A stretch of 56,406 nt of DNA from Patescibacteria group bacterium (GCA_035651435.1 DASRFS010000054.1:1-56406); one strand, 5' to 3'. Positions 38,259-48,306 are shown, numbered from the stretch's first letter. Program-made: numbers and translations. The notes: generated by a model from the sequence alone, not told the origin.

Positions 38259-39348
38259 AAAAGGAATCCTCGGTTTACTAATTGTCGCAGTTTTAATTGT
38301 CTGGCTGGGATTTATAAAAACTGGGCTTTTCCCTTTTTTGTTTCAGCTCACATTTAATAGAGATATTAGTCTTAGGCACTCGGATGATCGTATCAATATT
38401 CTTCTTTTAGGAATTGGCGGACAAGGGCATGACGGGCCAAACTTAACAGACACCATAATTTTTGCAAGTATAGATCCAGGGAAAAATAAAGTTACTTTGG
38501 TTTCAATTCCGAGAGATTTGTGGGTTCCTGACTTAAATGACAAAGTTAACACTGCTTATTCTTTTGGTGAGTCTAAGCGTGCGGGATCCGGTCTTCTTCT
38601 TGCAAAAAGCGCCATATCAAAGATATTCAATCAACCCGTAGATTATGCGGTACGACTTAACTTTGAAGGTTTTGTTGAGGCGGTGGATTTAGTTGGAGGC
38701 CTTGATATAAATGTTGACCGGACATTTAATGACCACGAATACCCTATAGATGGAAAAGAGAATGATTTGTGTGGCAATAAAGAAGAAGATCTCCCAAAAC
38801 TAGCTACTGCTTCATCTCAATTGGAAGCTTTTCCATGCCGATACATGACTATACATTTTGATAAAGGTCCAGCGCATCTTGATGGAAAAACAGCTTTGGA
38901 ATTTGTTAGGTCAAGGCATGCCGAAGGTGATGAAGGAACGGATTTTGCAAGATCCGCTAGACAGGAAAAAATAATCAAGGCCTTCAAAGACAAAGTGTTA
39001 TCGCCAACTACAATTTTTAATCCGTTTAGAATAGTAAGTTTATACAGTACTTTGAAAGCCAATATAGATACGGATATAGCACCGACTGAAATGGATGATT
39101 TTGTGAGACTTGCGCAGAGTTTAAAGGAAGCTAAAATCCAAAGTGCGGTACTTGATTACGGAGACGATATAAGAGGAATACCGGGACTTCTTTCTAACCC
39201 TCCAATAAGTTCCGACTATAATTTTGGTTGGGTGTTAATTCCAAGAACAGGAAATGGTAATTTTAGTGAAATCCAACAGTATATAAACTGCGAAATTGAA
39301 AGCGGGAACTGTCCAATATCAAAAGTGCCCAAAATTAATTCCAAGTAG
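38227..39348 (+). CDS. LytR-CpsA-Psr (LCP) family cell-envelope phosphotransferase
   Basis: N-terminal TM, then LLLGIGGQGHDGPNLTDTIIFASIDPGKNKVTLVSIPRDLWV. Start set at the internal Met; overlaps the tpiA end. Confidence 0.85.
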   Translation: MNFRKYWRTHKKGILGLLIVAVLIVWLGFIKTGLFPFLFQLTFNRDISLRHSDDRINILLLGIGGQGHDGPNLTDTIIFASIDPGKNKVTLVSIPRDLWVPDLNDKVNTAYSFGESKRAGSGLLLAKSAISKIFNQPVDYAVRLNFEGFVEAVDLVGGLDINVDRTFNDHEYPIDGKENDLCGNKEEDLPKLATASSQLEAFPCRYMTIHFDKGPAHLDGKTALEFVRSRHAEGDEGTDFARSARQEKIIKAFKDKVLSPTTIFNPFRIVSLYSTLKANIDTDIAPTEMDDFVRLAQSLKEAKIQSAVLDYGDDIRGIPGLLSNPPISSDYNFGWVLIPRTGNGNFSEIQQYINCEIESGNCPISKVPKINSK

Positions 39349-40568
39349 TGAATAAGAATTTCTGGATTTTTTTTATTCTTGTTTTTTTAATTAGGATTTT
39401 TCTATTCAATTTTCCAAGTTTTCATATAGATATGAATACTTGGGAAGCCTGGGCATACAGATTGGTTAACGGGGGATTCCCCAATTTTTATTCCAAGGAA
39501 TTCTATTCGGAATATTTTCCAGGATATCTATATTTTCTTTGGGTATTGGGAAACATTTACCATATAATTTTTTCTAAACTATCTTTTTCGAGTTTTCAGT
39601 TCGAGGTTTTAATAAAGTCTGTAACTACGGTTTTTGACCTGGGAACTTCGTATCTTATTTATAAAATCGTATTATCAATAAAACCAAAATTTGCCCCTAT
39701 TGCTGCACTTATTTATTTCGTAAATCCTGCTGTTATTTTTAATTCTTCCGTTTGGGGGCAAATAGACGGCATATATACTTTCTTTATTGTTTTATCCTCT
39801 TATTTTCTGATCGGAAAAAACAAAATATTCACTTCCACATTGCTTTCTTCGATCGCTTTTTTAATAAAGCCCCAAGCAATATTTTTACTTCCAATTTCCT
39901 TTTTTACTACACTCAAAAATCAGAGACTCATCAGCACTTTCTCGTCCGTTATTATTTTCACCTTTCTTACATTTATTCTTTCCTTTCCTTTCTTTCCATC
40001 TAACCCTGTCACGGGATTTATAGGTATGGCGCAAAGGTCAGCCGATCTTTACCCATATACTTCTCTTTTCGCCTTTAACTTTTGGAGTATTTTTGGATGG
40101 TGGAGGTTAGATTCTCAGAGCTTTATCTTTTCCTTTAAAACGTGGGGCATTATCTTTTATTCGTTGTCGCTTATTGCAATCATTATTCCTAATCTTTTAA
40201 AAAAAGTAAAAAGAATAAAACTTGCAACATTTTATTCAATGCTTTTATTATCGTTTTTTTCTTCATTCCTTTTTTTAACTCGAATGCATGAGCGTTATCT
40301 TTTTCCCGTTCTTGCGGTCTTTCTAATATATGCAATTTCAAATAAAAGGGCTTTAATTCTTTATTATCTAATTTCGGTAGTTCATTTATTAAACTTGTGG
40401 TACGTGTACTATTATTACGATTTTATATACAATAATCCAAGCATAGCGCCAAACGCTTTATACAATTTTATCGACAGCTATCATAGTCTTTTCAGCGTCT
40501 TTTTAATTGTGAGTTTTTTTGTAATTTTAGTTCATTATTATTCGCCATATGTTAAAAAAACTGCTTAA
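39348..40568 (+). CDS. GT-C fold membrane glycosyltransferase (Gpi18/PIG-V-like, COG5542-type)
   Basis: GTG start. Polytopic, with N-terminal WEAWAYRLVNGGFPNFY...EYFPGYLYFLW typical of this family. Confidence 0.6.
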   Translation: MNKNFWIFFILVFLIRIFLFNFPSFHIDMNTWEAWAYRLVNGGFPNFYSKEFYSEYFPGYLYFLWVLGNIYHIIFSKLSFSSFQFEVLIKSVTTVFDLGTSYLIYKIVLSIKPKFAPIAALIYFVNPAVIFNSSVWGQIDGIYTFFIVLSSYFLIGKNKIFTSTLLSSIAFLIKPQAIFLLPISFFTTLKNQRLISTFSSVIIFTFLTFILSFPFFPSNPVTGFIGMAQRSADLYPYTSLFAFNFWSIFGWWRLDSQSFIFSFKTWGIIFYSLSLIAIIIPNLLKKVKRIKLATFYSMLLLSFFSSFLFLTRMHERYLFPVLAVFLIYAISNKRALILYYLISVVHLLNLWYVYYYYDFIYNNPSIAPNALYNFIDSYHSLFSVFLIVSFFVILVHYYSPYVKKTA

Positions 40569-41811
40569 CCTCCTCCCCGAAACTTTGGTCTTTCTCTTTG
40601 CTCTCTTAACGAGATTATTAAACCTAGGGTATCCTAAAAATCAAATGTTCGACGAGGTTTATCATGCATTCACAGCTCAGCAAATGTTCAAAGGAAATCC
40701 TGCTGCATGGGAATGGTGGAATCCTTCCCCTCCGGGTTTTGCTTATGAGTGGACGCACCCGCCCCTTGCAAAAGAATTCATGGTTTTGGGAATGTACATA
40801 TTTGGAGATAACTCTTTTGGTTGGAGATTTTTTTCAGCACTGTTGGGATTTGGTTCAATAGTTTTAATTTATTTAATAAGTCTCCACTTATCCAGGAAAA
40901 GGGAAGTCGCAATTATTGCGGCATTTGTTGCATCGATGGATGGTCTGCTTTTGGTTATGTCACGAATTGCTATGAATGATAGTTACTTTTTGTTCTTTTT
41001 GCTTTTGACAATTTATATGTTTCTTAAGGATAAGAAAATTCTGATGGGAATATTTTTAGGGCTTTCCATCGCCTCCAAGTGGACAGCGATTTTTGCAATA
41101 TTTCCTCTTTTGATTTTATTTATCCTAAAAGAAAAAAAGATTTATGAAAGGCTAAAATTTTTATTTTTCCTATTGATAATTCCAGCCAGTATTTATTTAG
41201 GGAGTTATATTCCATTCTTCCTGGGTCATCACGCTCCTCCGCAAACTAATTATTCTAATTTACAGACCTTTGTTGAGCTCCAAAAGCAAATGTGGTGGTA
41301 CCATACAAATCTTCGAGCAACGCATCCCTACCAATCGACTCCAATCCAGTGGATATTTAATATTAGACCTGTTTGGCTGTTTGTTGATTATAAGCAAAAC
41401 TTGCGATCTGACGATCTAAAGCAAAACTTAGTTTCGAACATTTATACTTTAGATAATCCTTTAATACCGATTCTGGGAATTATATCGATAATTTTTTTAT
41501 TTTATAAACTAAATTATAAAATTAATTACTCCTACCTCTCGGTCGTTTTATTTTATTTGAGCTTTTTTATTTTTTGGATTTTCTCTCCGAGAATCATGTT
41601 TAATTATCACTATCTGGCCTCTACGGCTTTCTTATCCGTAGCAATTGCCATTTTTCTTTCGGAGATTAAGAAAATTTACGGCAAAGCTCCAGTAGTTGTC
41701 TGCCTTTTACTTATGGGCATTTTATTCGCCTACTTCTATCCGCTTTGGGTTGGAACTTCTATAACTCCCGCTAATCTAAATTCTCATTTTTGGTTAACTT
41801 CGTGGAAGTGA
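40549..41811 (+). CDS. Phospholipid-carrier-dependent glycosyltransferase (PMT/GT39-like)
   Basis: FDEVYHAFTA (DE motif in loop 1) and WTHPPLAKE; polytopic. Confidence 0.7.
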   Translation: MLKKLLNLLPETLVFLFALLTRLLNLGYPKNQMFDEVYHAFTAQQMFKGNPAAWEWWNPSPPGFAYEWTHPPLAKEFMVLGMYIFGDNSFGWRFFSALLGFGSIVLIYLISLHLSRKREVAIIAAFVASMDGLLLVMSRIAMNDSYFLFFLLLTIYMFLKDKKILMGIFLGLSIASKWTAIFAIFPLLILFILKEKKIYERLKFLFFLLIIPASIYLGSYIPFFLGHHAPPQTNYSNLQTFVELQKQMWWYHTNLRATHPYQSTPIQWIFNIRPVWLFVDYKQNLRSDDLKQNLVSNIYTLDNPLIPILGIISIIFLFYKLNYKINYSYLSVVLFYLSFFIFWIFSPRIMFNYHYLASTAFLSVAIAIFLSEIKKIYGKAPVVVCLLLMGILFAYFYPLWVGTSITPANLNSHFWLTSWK

Positions 41812-41833
41812 TTCTTGCGATCTACAGCCTGAA

Positions 41834-43162
41834 TTAGAGGACTAACTTACTAATTATAAGGAAAATTAAACCCGCAGCAACAGTCGCAATACCTAAGAAC
41901 CCAGTTGAAACTTCGGAACTTCCAGTTGGAAGGAGAGTCGGCATCGGTGTCGGGGTAGGTGTAGGAATTAGTGTTGGTAAGGAAATAGGAGTCGCTGATG
42001 CCGAAGCCGAAGGAAGAGGGGTAGGAGTTGGACTCAAGCTAGGAGCCGGCGTTGCTGTTGGAGTAGGAGTTGGAGATGCTGCTTGGGCCGTCTGAACAAT
42101 CGTAAAAGTTTGTGTAATCGTTCTTACAATTCCGGAAGAATCTATAGAAGTTATGGTTATAGTATGCTGCCCGGGCTGTAGGGGGGTCGAAGGGATAAAA
42201 CTCCAATTACCACTGGCGTCTGAAGTTACTTGAGTTTGGATTGTCTGACTTGAATTAATTGTTATCGTTACTTTATTGTTTGGCAAAGCTGTACCCGAGA
42301 ATAAGGGTTTAGTGTCGTTAATATTTTGATTTGCAGACGGCGTGATTATTTTAGGACTTTGCGTTTTTCCGACGGATACGGTTGGAAATTTCCCAAAAGT
42401 TGCGGACGATGAGGCAACTCCTTCTCCATTTGAAAAATCATAATTTTGCCCGACTATGACGATTGGAACCGAGTTTACGTTTTTACTAAAAAGCACAACG
42501 TTAGATGTGCCTGTGTCCGTAACTATCAGAAGCTTAACTTGCGAATTGTTTTGTAAGTCGAAACTATCGGAGAAATCTGATTTCCTTAACCCCTCAAGCG
42601 ATATGGTATAGCTCCCATCAGGTTTTATATCGGAAGATAAAGTCTGTGCGCCTTGAGAAGTTGCGAAGACAACCCCCTCTTTAGGTATTTGTCCATCCGG
42701 GGTAACAGCTTTTCCGACAATAAATCCTGCGCCCTTTTTTGTAACAAGCTCTGGTCCGGTTGTCACCTCGTAAGGGACACCGCTATTAAGGTAATTGTCT
42801 TGTCCGCTGGTTATTGAAAAAAAGTATTTGGTTCCCGGTGACAAATTTTGGACGGTAAAACTGTGTATCTTATGTTCCTTAACTTTCCCCTGATCTTTGC
42901 TGTCGGTTACTACCTGTCCAAGAGTATTGTCCTTTCCTAAGTTTAGGGTGCCTAATATGTAAGAGTCAGTTGCATAAGAGACGCTAAATCCAGTATCGGA
43001 TACATTGGATATTCTTACCTGTGAAGGTACAGAGGTTGGGCTGGCATTTCCTGTAAAAAAAGTAGGTTTCCCAATAAGGAGCGTAGTCGCTCCTATTGCG
43101 ATAGTTATTACCAATAAACCCAGAAGTGTTGGAATCCTTTTGCTCCAAAAATTATTCTTCAT
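41834..43162 (-). CDS. Surface protein: N-terminal anchor/signal, FN3-like and Ig-like domains, Pro/Thr linker, C-terminal LLPTG + TM segment
   Basis: PSQVRISNVSDTGFSVSY (FN3-like), ...GNWSFIPSTPLQPGQHTITITSID (Ig-like), PTPTPTATPAPSLSPTPTP linker, LLPTGSSEVSTGFLGIATVAAGLIFLIISKLVL tail. Confidence 0.65.
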   Translation of the reverse strand: MKNNFWSKRIPTLLGLLVITIAIGATTLLIGKPTFFTGNASPTSVPSQVRISNVSDTGFSVSYATDSYILGTLNLGKDNTLGQVVTDSKDQGKVKEHKIHSFTVQNLSPGTKYFFSITSGQDNYLNSGVPYEVTTGPELVTKKGAGFIVGKAVTPDGQIPKEGVVFATSQGAQTLSSDIKPDGSYTISLEGLRKSDFSDSFDLQNNSQVKLLIVTDTGTSNVVLFSKNVNSVPIVIVGQNYDFSNGEGVASSSATFGKFPTVSVGKTQSPKIITPSANQNINDTKPLFSGTALPNNKVTITINSSQTIQTQVTSDASGNWSFIPSTPLQPGQHTITITSIDSSGIVRTITQTFTIVQTAQAASPTPTPTATPAPSLSPTPTPLPSASASATPISLPTLIPTPTPTPMPTLLPTGSSEVSTGFLGIATVAAGLIFLIISKLVL

Positions 43163-43178
43163 GAAATTAATTCTCTTT

Positions 43179-43427
43179 TCATTGTTTTTGCGCCGATGAG
43201 CTAACCGATGGTTGCGGCGAAATCTGATACAGTGGTGTTATTTGATCCCTTTTTTTAATATCAGAAATGATTTTTTGGTTAAAATCAGGAGGAATCGGGA
43301 TAATTTGGATATCAAGATTCTCCGAAATAGTTGACGTAACAGAATCATGGTAAACGCTAAATATTATATAGACTAAAACCAAAACGAAAAATGGAATGAC
43401 TAAAAAAAGTATATCTTTTTGTTTCAT
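43179..43427 (-). CDS. Small single-TM protein in the pilus operon (PilP-position, function unknown)
   Basis: TM ILFLVIPFFVLVLVYIIF; start overlaps the stop of the upstream pilO-like gene by 4 nt. Confidence 0.4.
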   Translation of the reverse strand: MKQKDILFLVIPFFVLVLVYIIFSVYHDSVTSTISENLDIQIIPIPPDFNQKIISDIKKRDQITPLYQISPQPSVSSSAQKQ

Positions 43428-44029
43428 GGCATAAAAAACGCTTTCCCTTTTAGGGTTAGAACCAGCGAATTTCCAACTGAACTTTTCGTTAGAGATAATA
43501 TATCAAGAGTTACGATTCTTTGCATATTAGATAATGATGTAAGGAATCGATTTATGTCGTTGTAAGAAGATCCTTCAGCTGTTAAGGAAAACGAGTATGA
43601 TGAATATTTTTGGGTAGCAATCTTAGGAATTTCTACTTCGAATGTTTGAAAATTTTCAAGGGTTATCCCGGAACTTGCTCCAACCGCCTGGACTTGAGCA
43701 GCCAAAAGCGGGATCTCGGGCGCAGTCGGAAGGGTAGAAAATATGATTGGAAGGTCGTTTTTTAAACCTGCGTATTTTTGCTGAAGCGCTGTAAGGTTTG
43801 TTATTTTTTGTTGCAGCTTTTGGTCCACGAACTGATTATCTTCTAATTCCTTTCTAAGCCCTGCTATCGTTGAAAGAGTTGGGCTTATGGCAAAAATTCC
43901 AAAAAAAGATAAAGCGATCAGCGTTAAAACCAAGGTTGTGAATTTCTGTAATCGCTCCTCCTTTATATTAGGAAGAAGTTGAAAATACTTGTTTTTCGCG
44001 ATATTTTTGAAAAAATTACTTGGGTGCAT
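43424..44029 (-). CDS. pilO: PilO-like type IV pilus assembly protein (tentative)
   Basis: Single TM followed by the coiled coil LRKELEDNQFVDQKLQQKITNLTALQQKY and a ferredoxin-like C-terminal part. Operon context with the pilN-like gene. Confidence 0.45.
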   Translation of the reverse strand: MHPSNFFKNIAKNKYFQLLPNIKEERLQKFTTLVLTLIALSFFGIFAISPTLSTIAGLRKELEDNQFVDQKLQQKITNLTALQQKYAGLKNDLPIIFSTLPTAPEIPLLAAQVQAVGASSGITLENFQTFEVEIPKIATQKYSSYSFSLTAEGSSYNDINRFLTSLSNMQRIVTLDILSLTKSSVGNSLVLTLKGKAFFMP

Positions 44030-44561
44030 ATGTTTGTTGTTTGAGAATTGCAGTTATGCTAACCGTAATGGTTGCCGACGCGGGATGATTCTCAATTTTG
44101 TCAACGATTACATTTGTTATTTTAGAGTAAGTTCTTAGAGACTTAACAAAATCTGATAGAGAAGATACTAGCCCGGTTGAGATATTTAATTTTATTCTAT
44201 CTTCTTGGAGACTTATGGTGTTAAAGGTAAAATCCGCAGGAGCAAATTTAACCATATCGTTTAAAATTTTCACCTCGTCACGGCTTTGCTGGGAGAAAGA
44301 ATCTGCCAGGGAAAGCCTGGCTTGTAAATTTCTATAAATTTCTTCACTGGGTTTTAAATAAGTTACAACCGCTTGTTCTTGCTTTATTTTTGAGTGTATG
44401 TCTATTAGTTGGCGATCAAGGGAGAATCTGTACAAAAATGCCGACAAAGCTATGACTTCGGTCGATATCACAACAACTCTTCCGATTGTAAGCGCCCAAT
44501 TTACGAATCTATCTATAAAACTTATATTGGGACCCAATAAATTCACAGAGGGGGAAGCCAT
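44016..44561 (-). CDS. pilN: PilN-like type IV pilus assembly protein (tentative)
   Basis: Short cytoplasmic N-terminus (SVNLL), single TM, then a periplasmic coiled coil; overlaps the pilO-like gene. Confidence 0.45.
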   Translation of the reverse strand: MASPSVNLLGPNISFIDRFVNWALTIGRVVVISTEVIALSAFLYRFSLDRQLIDIHSKIKQEQAVVTYLKPSEEIYRNLQARLSLADSFSQQSRDEVKILNDMVKFAPADFTFNTISLQEDRIKLNISTGLVSSLSDFVKSLRTYSKITNVIVDKIENHPASATITVSITAILKQQTYAPK

Positions 44562-44593
44562 GAATTTAGTCTAGAGGTTTTGATCCAAAAAAT

Positions 44594-44884
44594 CTACTTT
44601 TTCTTGGCTTTTTTTACCGGGGATTTTGCGCTGGTTTTGGTCTTGACCGCTGATTTTATGAGTTTGGATAAACTGGACTTTAATCTGGCTGCTTTATTTT
44701 TGTGGAGAATGCGTCTTTTTGCCATTTTATCTATTGTTCTAAAAGCCTCCGAAACGTTTTTTGGCGTTGGGGTTTTCCTGGCTTTAGCTATAGAGTTTTT
44801 CAGGAGATTCCTGAAACCGTCGTTCTGTTTTTCCCGTTTTATGTCTTGTCTCAGCTTTTTTTTTGCGCTTTTGATAACTGGCAT
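44594..44884 (-). CDS. rpsT: 30S ribosomal protein S20
   Basis: MPVIKSAKKKLRQDIKREKQN..., a basic 96-aa protein. Confidence 0.9.
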   Translation of the reverse strand: MPVIKSAKKKLRQDIKREKQNDGFRNLLKNSIAKARKTPTPKNVSEAFRTIDKMAKRRILHKNKAARLKSSLSKLIKSAVKTKTSAKSPVKKAKKK

Positions 44885-44921
44885 GTGCGCATTTTAGCAT
44901 GGTATACTGTAAAAGACAATC

Positions 44922-46577
44922 ATGGGCAATATCTTCAAACGGGGATTTTCAATCCTCCTTCAAAGACAAAATAATATTCTTTCTGCGGCAGTTGTAATTG
45001 CAATAACCATCGTGATTTCCCAAATTCTGGGCTTGGTTAGGCAAAGGCTTTTAGTAAGTATATTTGGCGCTTCGGATACCTTGGGAGTTTATCTTGCCTC
45101 ATCGAGGCTTCCTGATCTTCTCTTTCAAATAATAATAGCTGGGGCCCTTTCATCGGCGTTTATCCCAATTTTCTCTGAGTATTTAGGCAAAGAAAAGTAT
45201 GAAGACGCAAATAAGCTCGGGTCTTCTCTCTTAATCTTAGGTCTTGGCGCTTTCTCGATAATTGGAGTTTTACTTTTTATTTTTTCAAAGGAGCTTTCTT
45301 CTCTGGTAGCTCCGGGATTTTCTAAAGAACAGATTGCCCTTATGGCAAGCTTAACCAGAATAATAATAGCCGGAGAGCTCCTATTTATCGTTGGAAGTTT
45401 TTTCTCCGCAGTTCTCCAATCTTACAGCCATTTTTTTATTCCGGGAATAGCCTCTGCCTTATATAACTTAGGAATTATTTTGGGAATAAAACTTTTATCC
45501 CCGGTTGTTGGTGTTTACTCAGCTGCTTATGGAGTGGTTTTAGGAGCCCTAATCTTTGTTTTGGTTCAGCTTCCTCTAGTTAAAAGAGTAGGTTTTTCAT
45601 TTATTCCTAAAGCCTCAATTAAGAATAAGGGTGTAATGGAGGTCTTCAAGCTCATGGGCCCCCGAACTCTATCCTTAGGGGTTTTTCAGTTGGGGAGCGT
45701 TTTAATAGTTACTCTTATTTCTTTCCTTCCTTCTCCCGGAAGAAGTTATGTAATTTTTGACTATGCACAAACCCTGGCGTTTGCTCCGGTTGCCCTTTTT
45801 GGACAGGCTATTGCTCAGGCTGCTTTTCCAATTCTAGCCAAAGAAAAAGATAAATTGGAGCATTTTAGAGAGACTTTTATAACAAGCATGAGTCAGCTGT
45901 TGTACGTTATCCTTCCTGTATCTGCGCTCTTTTTAGTCCTAAGAATTCCAATCGTAAGGCTTGTTTTTGGTGCTTCGCAATTCGACTGGCAGGCGACCGT
46001 TTTAACTGGAAGAACTCTTGCTTTCTTTAGTATTTCAATTTTTGCTCAAGCCTTAAGTTATTTGATTTCGAGAGGATTTTACGCGTTACATGATACAAAA
46101 ACTCCCCTTGTAATCGGCACGATCACAACAGCATTTATGTTAATAATGGGGGCAATTTTTATCTTCACGAGAAAATTAGGAGTCGAAAGCATAGCGTTGT
46201 CTTATTCGATAGCAAGCATTATAAATATCGTTGTTCTCTTCGTACTTCTTAATAAAAGAACCGGCGGGTTTGATATGCAAAACATATTATTTTCCTTCGG
46301 GAAAATTTTTGTAGCTACCATATTTACCGGAATCGCGCTTTACGTTCCCATTAAAATTTTAGACCAGCTTATTGTTGATACAACCAAAACATTAGGTCTT
46401 CTGATACTTACAGGTATTTCTTCTTTTGCCGGTCTTTCTTTCTATCTTTTTTTAACTTGGCTTTTTAATGTAAAAGAAGCGTACCTATTTTTACTTCTTT
46501 TCAAAAAAGTTGGAGATTGGAGGCAAGTCCTTAAGAAATCGGACGAAGTAATCGATGGAACCAGATTCAACCCCTAA
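44922..46577 (+). CDS. murJ: Lipid II flippase MurJ (MviN)
   Basis: 14-TM protein with a SAAVVIAITIVISQILGLVRQRLL..FGASD N-terminus typical of MurJ. Confidence 0.85.
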   Translation: MGNIFKRGFSILLQRQNNILSAAVVIAITIVISQILGLVRQRLLVSIFGASDTLGVYLASSRLPDLLFQIIIAGALSSAFIPIFSEYLGKEKYEDANKLGSSLLILGLGAFSIIGVLLFIFSKELSSLVAPGFSKEQIALMASLTRIIIAGELLFIVGSFFSAVLQSYSHFFIPGIASALYNLGIILGIKLLSPVVGVYSAAYGVVLGALIFVLVQLPLVKRVGFSFIPKASIKNKGVMEVFKLMGPRTLSLGVFQLGSVLIVTLISFLPSPGRSYVIFDYAQTLAFAPVALFGQAIAQAAFPILAKEKDKLEHFRETFITSMSQLLYVILPVSALFLVLRIPIVRLVFGASQFDWQATVLTGRTLAFFSISIFAQALSYLISRGFYALHDTKTPLVIGTITTAFMLIMGAIFIFTRKLGVESIALSYSIASIINIVVLFVLLNKRTGGFDMQNILFSFGKIFVATIFTGIALYVPIKILDQLIVDTTKTLGLLILTGISSFAGLSFYLFLTWLFNVKEAYLFLLLFKKVGDWRQVLKKSDEVIDGTRFNP

Positions 46578-48306
46578 AAAAAATATCCGCAACTTTGCAA
46601 TTGTTGCCCATATTGATCACGGAAAATCAACGTTAGCCGATAGATTGCTCGAAATTACGGGAACTGTTCAAAGGGGAGAGCATGAAGAACAGCTTTTGGA
46701 TAAAAACCCCATAAGCCGTGAGCGGGGGATCACCATAAAACTTGCCCCTGTTAGAATGCAATATGGTTCGTACACCCTGAATTTAATTGACACCCCAGGC
46801 CACATAGATTTTTCCTACGAAGTTTCAAGAACCCTTGCATGTTGTGAAGGAGTCGTGCTTTTAGTTGATGCTACCCAAGGAGTTCAAGCCCAGACAGTCG
46901 CGCATTTTAGAGACGCTCAAAAACAAAATCTTCCTATAATTCCCGTTGTGAACAAAATCGATATGGACATCGCAAGACCCGAGGAAACAAAAAATCAAAT
47001 GGTGGATTTGTTTGGATTTAGTGAGGAAGAAATTATTTTTGTTTCGGCAAAAACCGGTCAGAATGTAGACAAATTGCTTGAGGCAATCGTTTTGAAAATT
47101 CCCCCACCTTCTTCTCTGGAGTCAAGTTTTAGAGCCCTAATTTTCGATGCGGTATACGACGATCATAGAGGAGTTATATCTTTTGTAAGAGTTTTTGATG
47201 GAGAAGTAAAAAAACACGATAGAATTGAGTTTTTCCGAAGCGACGCAAAATCCATAGTTTCTGATGTTGGAATTTTCTCTCCGGATTTGATATCAAAACA
47301 GAATTTATCCGCAGGAGAAATAGGTTACGTTGTAACCGGGATAAAGGATATTAGAAAAGCTAGGGTTGGAGATACGATAAAACTCCAGAATTCAAATTCG
47401 AAAGAGTTGCCCGGTTATAAAACTCCAATTCCGATGGTTTTCTTTGGTGTTTATCCCAAAAATACCAGTGACTTCGGAAAATTAAAAGAGGCCTTATCAA
47501 AGCTTTCCTTAAACGATGCTTCCCTGACAATAGACAATGAATACTCGTCGTTTTTAGGCAGCGGGTTTAGGGTTGGATTCTTAGGTCTTTTGCATGCGGA
47601 GATAGTTAAAGAAAGATTAAAGAAAGAAGAAGGGATAGAGCCGCTTCTTACAAGACCCCAAGTTCTATACAAAAAAGAAAATGAAAAAACACTGGAGCCT
47701 TATATGACTCTTACTATTTATGTTCCTAAAAATTATGTAGGAGGAATAATGAATTTATGTGAGAAAAAAAGAGGGAATCTCAAAGACATGGTTTATGTTC
47801 AGCCCACGCAATCTAGGGATCAACAAAAGGAAATAGCGATTCTTACTTACGAAATGCCTTACTCGATGCTTCTTTCGGGGATTGCGGATAATATTAAAAG
47901 CGTCTCTTCGGGTTTTGCAACCATAGACTATGAGATCGCCGACTACAGAGAGGCCAATTTGGCTACGATGAATATTTTGGTCAATGATAATCTTATCGAT
48001 GTCCTTTCTGAAACCGTATATAAGGATGAAGTTTCCTATCTTGCACGCGAGAAAACCGACAAGCTCAAAGAGCTACTTCCCAGGAAACAGTTTAGGCAGA
48101 TAATCCAAGCTAAGGTTGAAGGAAATATTATTGCAAGATCGGAGATTCCTCCCTTTCGAAAAGACGTGTTGGCAAAAATGAGTGGTGGAGACAGGACCAG
48201 AAAAGATAAACTTTTAGAAAAACAAAAAAGAGGCAAATCCAAGCTTATACAGGGATCAAGAATTGAAATTCCTCAGAAAGCTCTTTATTCGCTCCTTTCA
48301 GACTAA
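46555..48306 (+). CDS. lepA: Elongation factor 4
   Basis: IRNFAIVAHIDHGKSTLADRLLE, DTPGHIDF, NKIDM, and the LepA-specific C-terminal KLLEKQKRGK region. Confidence 0.95.
   Translation: MEPDSTPKKNIRNFAIVAHIDHGKSTLADRLLEITGTVQRGEHEEQLLDKNPISRERGITIKLAPVRMQYGSYTLNLIDTPGHIDFSYEVSRTLACCEGVVLLVDATQGVQAQTVAHFRDAQKQNLPIIPVVNKIDMDIARPEETKNQMVDLFGFSEEEIIFVSAKTGQNVDKLLEAIVLKIPPPSSLESSFRALIFDAVYDDHRGVISFVRVFDGEVKKHDRIEFFRSDAKSIVSDVGIFSPDLISKQNLSAGEIGYVVTGIKDIRKARVGDTIKLQNSNSKELPGYKTPIPMVFFGVYPKNTSDFGKLKEALSKLSLNDASLTIDNEYSSFLGSGFRVGFLGLLHAEIVKERLKKEEGIEPLLTRPQVLYKKENEKTLEPYMTLTIYVPKNYVGGIMNLCEKKRGNLKDMVYVQPTQSRDQQKEIAILTYEMPYSMLLSGIADNIKSVSSGFATIDYEIADYREANLATMNILVNDNLIDVLSETVYKDEVSYLAREKTDKLKELLPRKQFRQIIQAKVEGNIIARSEIPPFRKDVLAKMSGGDRTRKDKLLEKQKRGKSKLIQGSRIEIPQKALYSLLSD

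Noticed and set aside
41940-42080. Repetitive DNA in the surface-protein genes (also 48380-48470 and 21075-21150) as possible DGR template/variable repeats
   Set aside because: The tracts are low-complexity Pro/Thr/Ser linker codons, not long near-identical repeats with adenine-specific differences. No RT or Avd gene is nearby.
44580-44974. ORFs 44580-44897 and 44702-44974, opposite or overlapping rpsT
   Set aside because: rpsT (S20) is unambiguous on the minus strand. The plus-strand ORFs mirror its Lys-rich codons as Phe/Leu runs.
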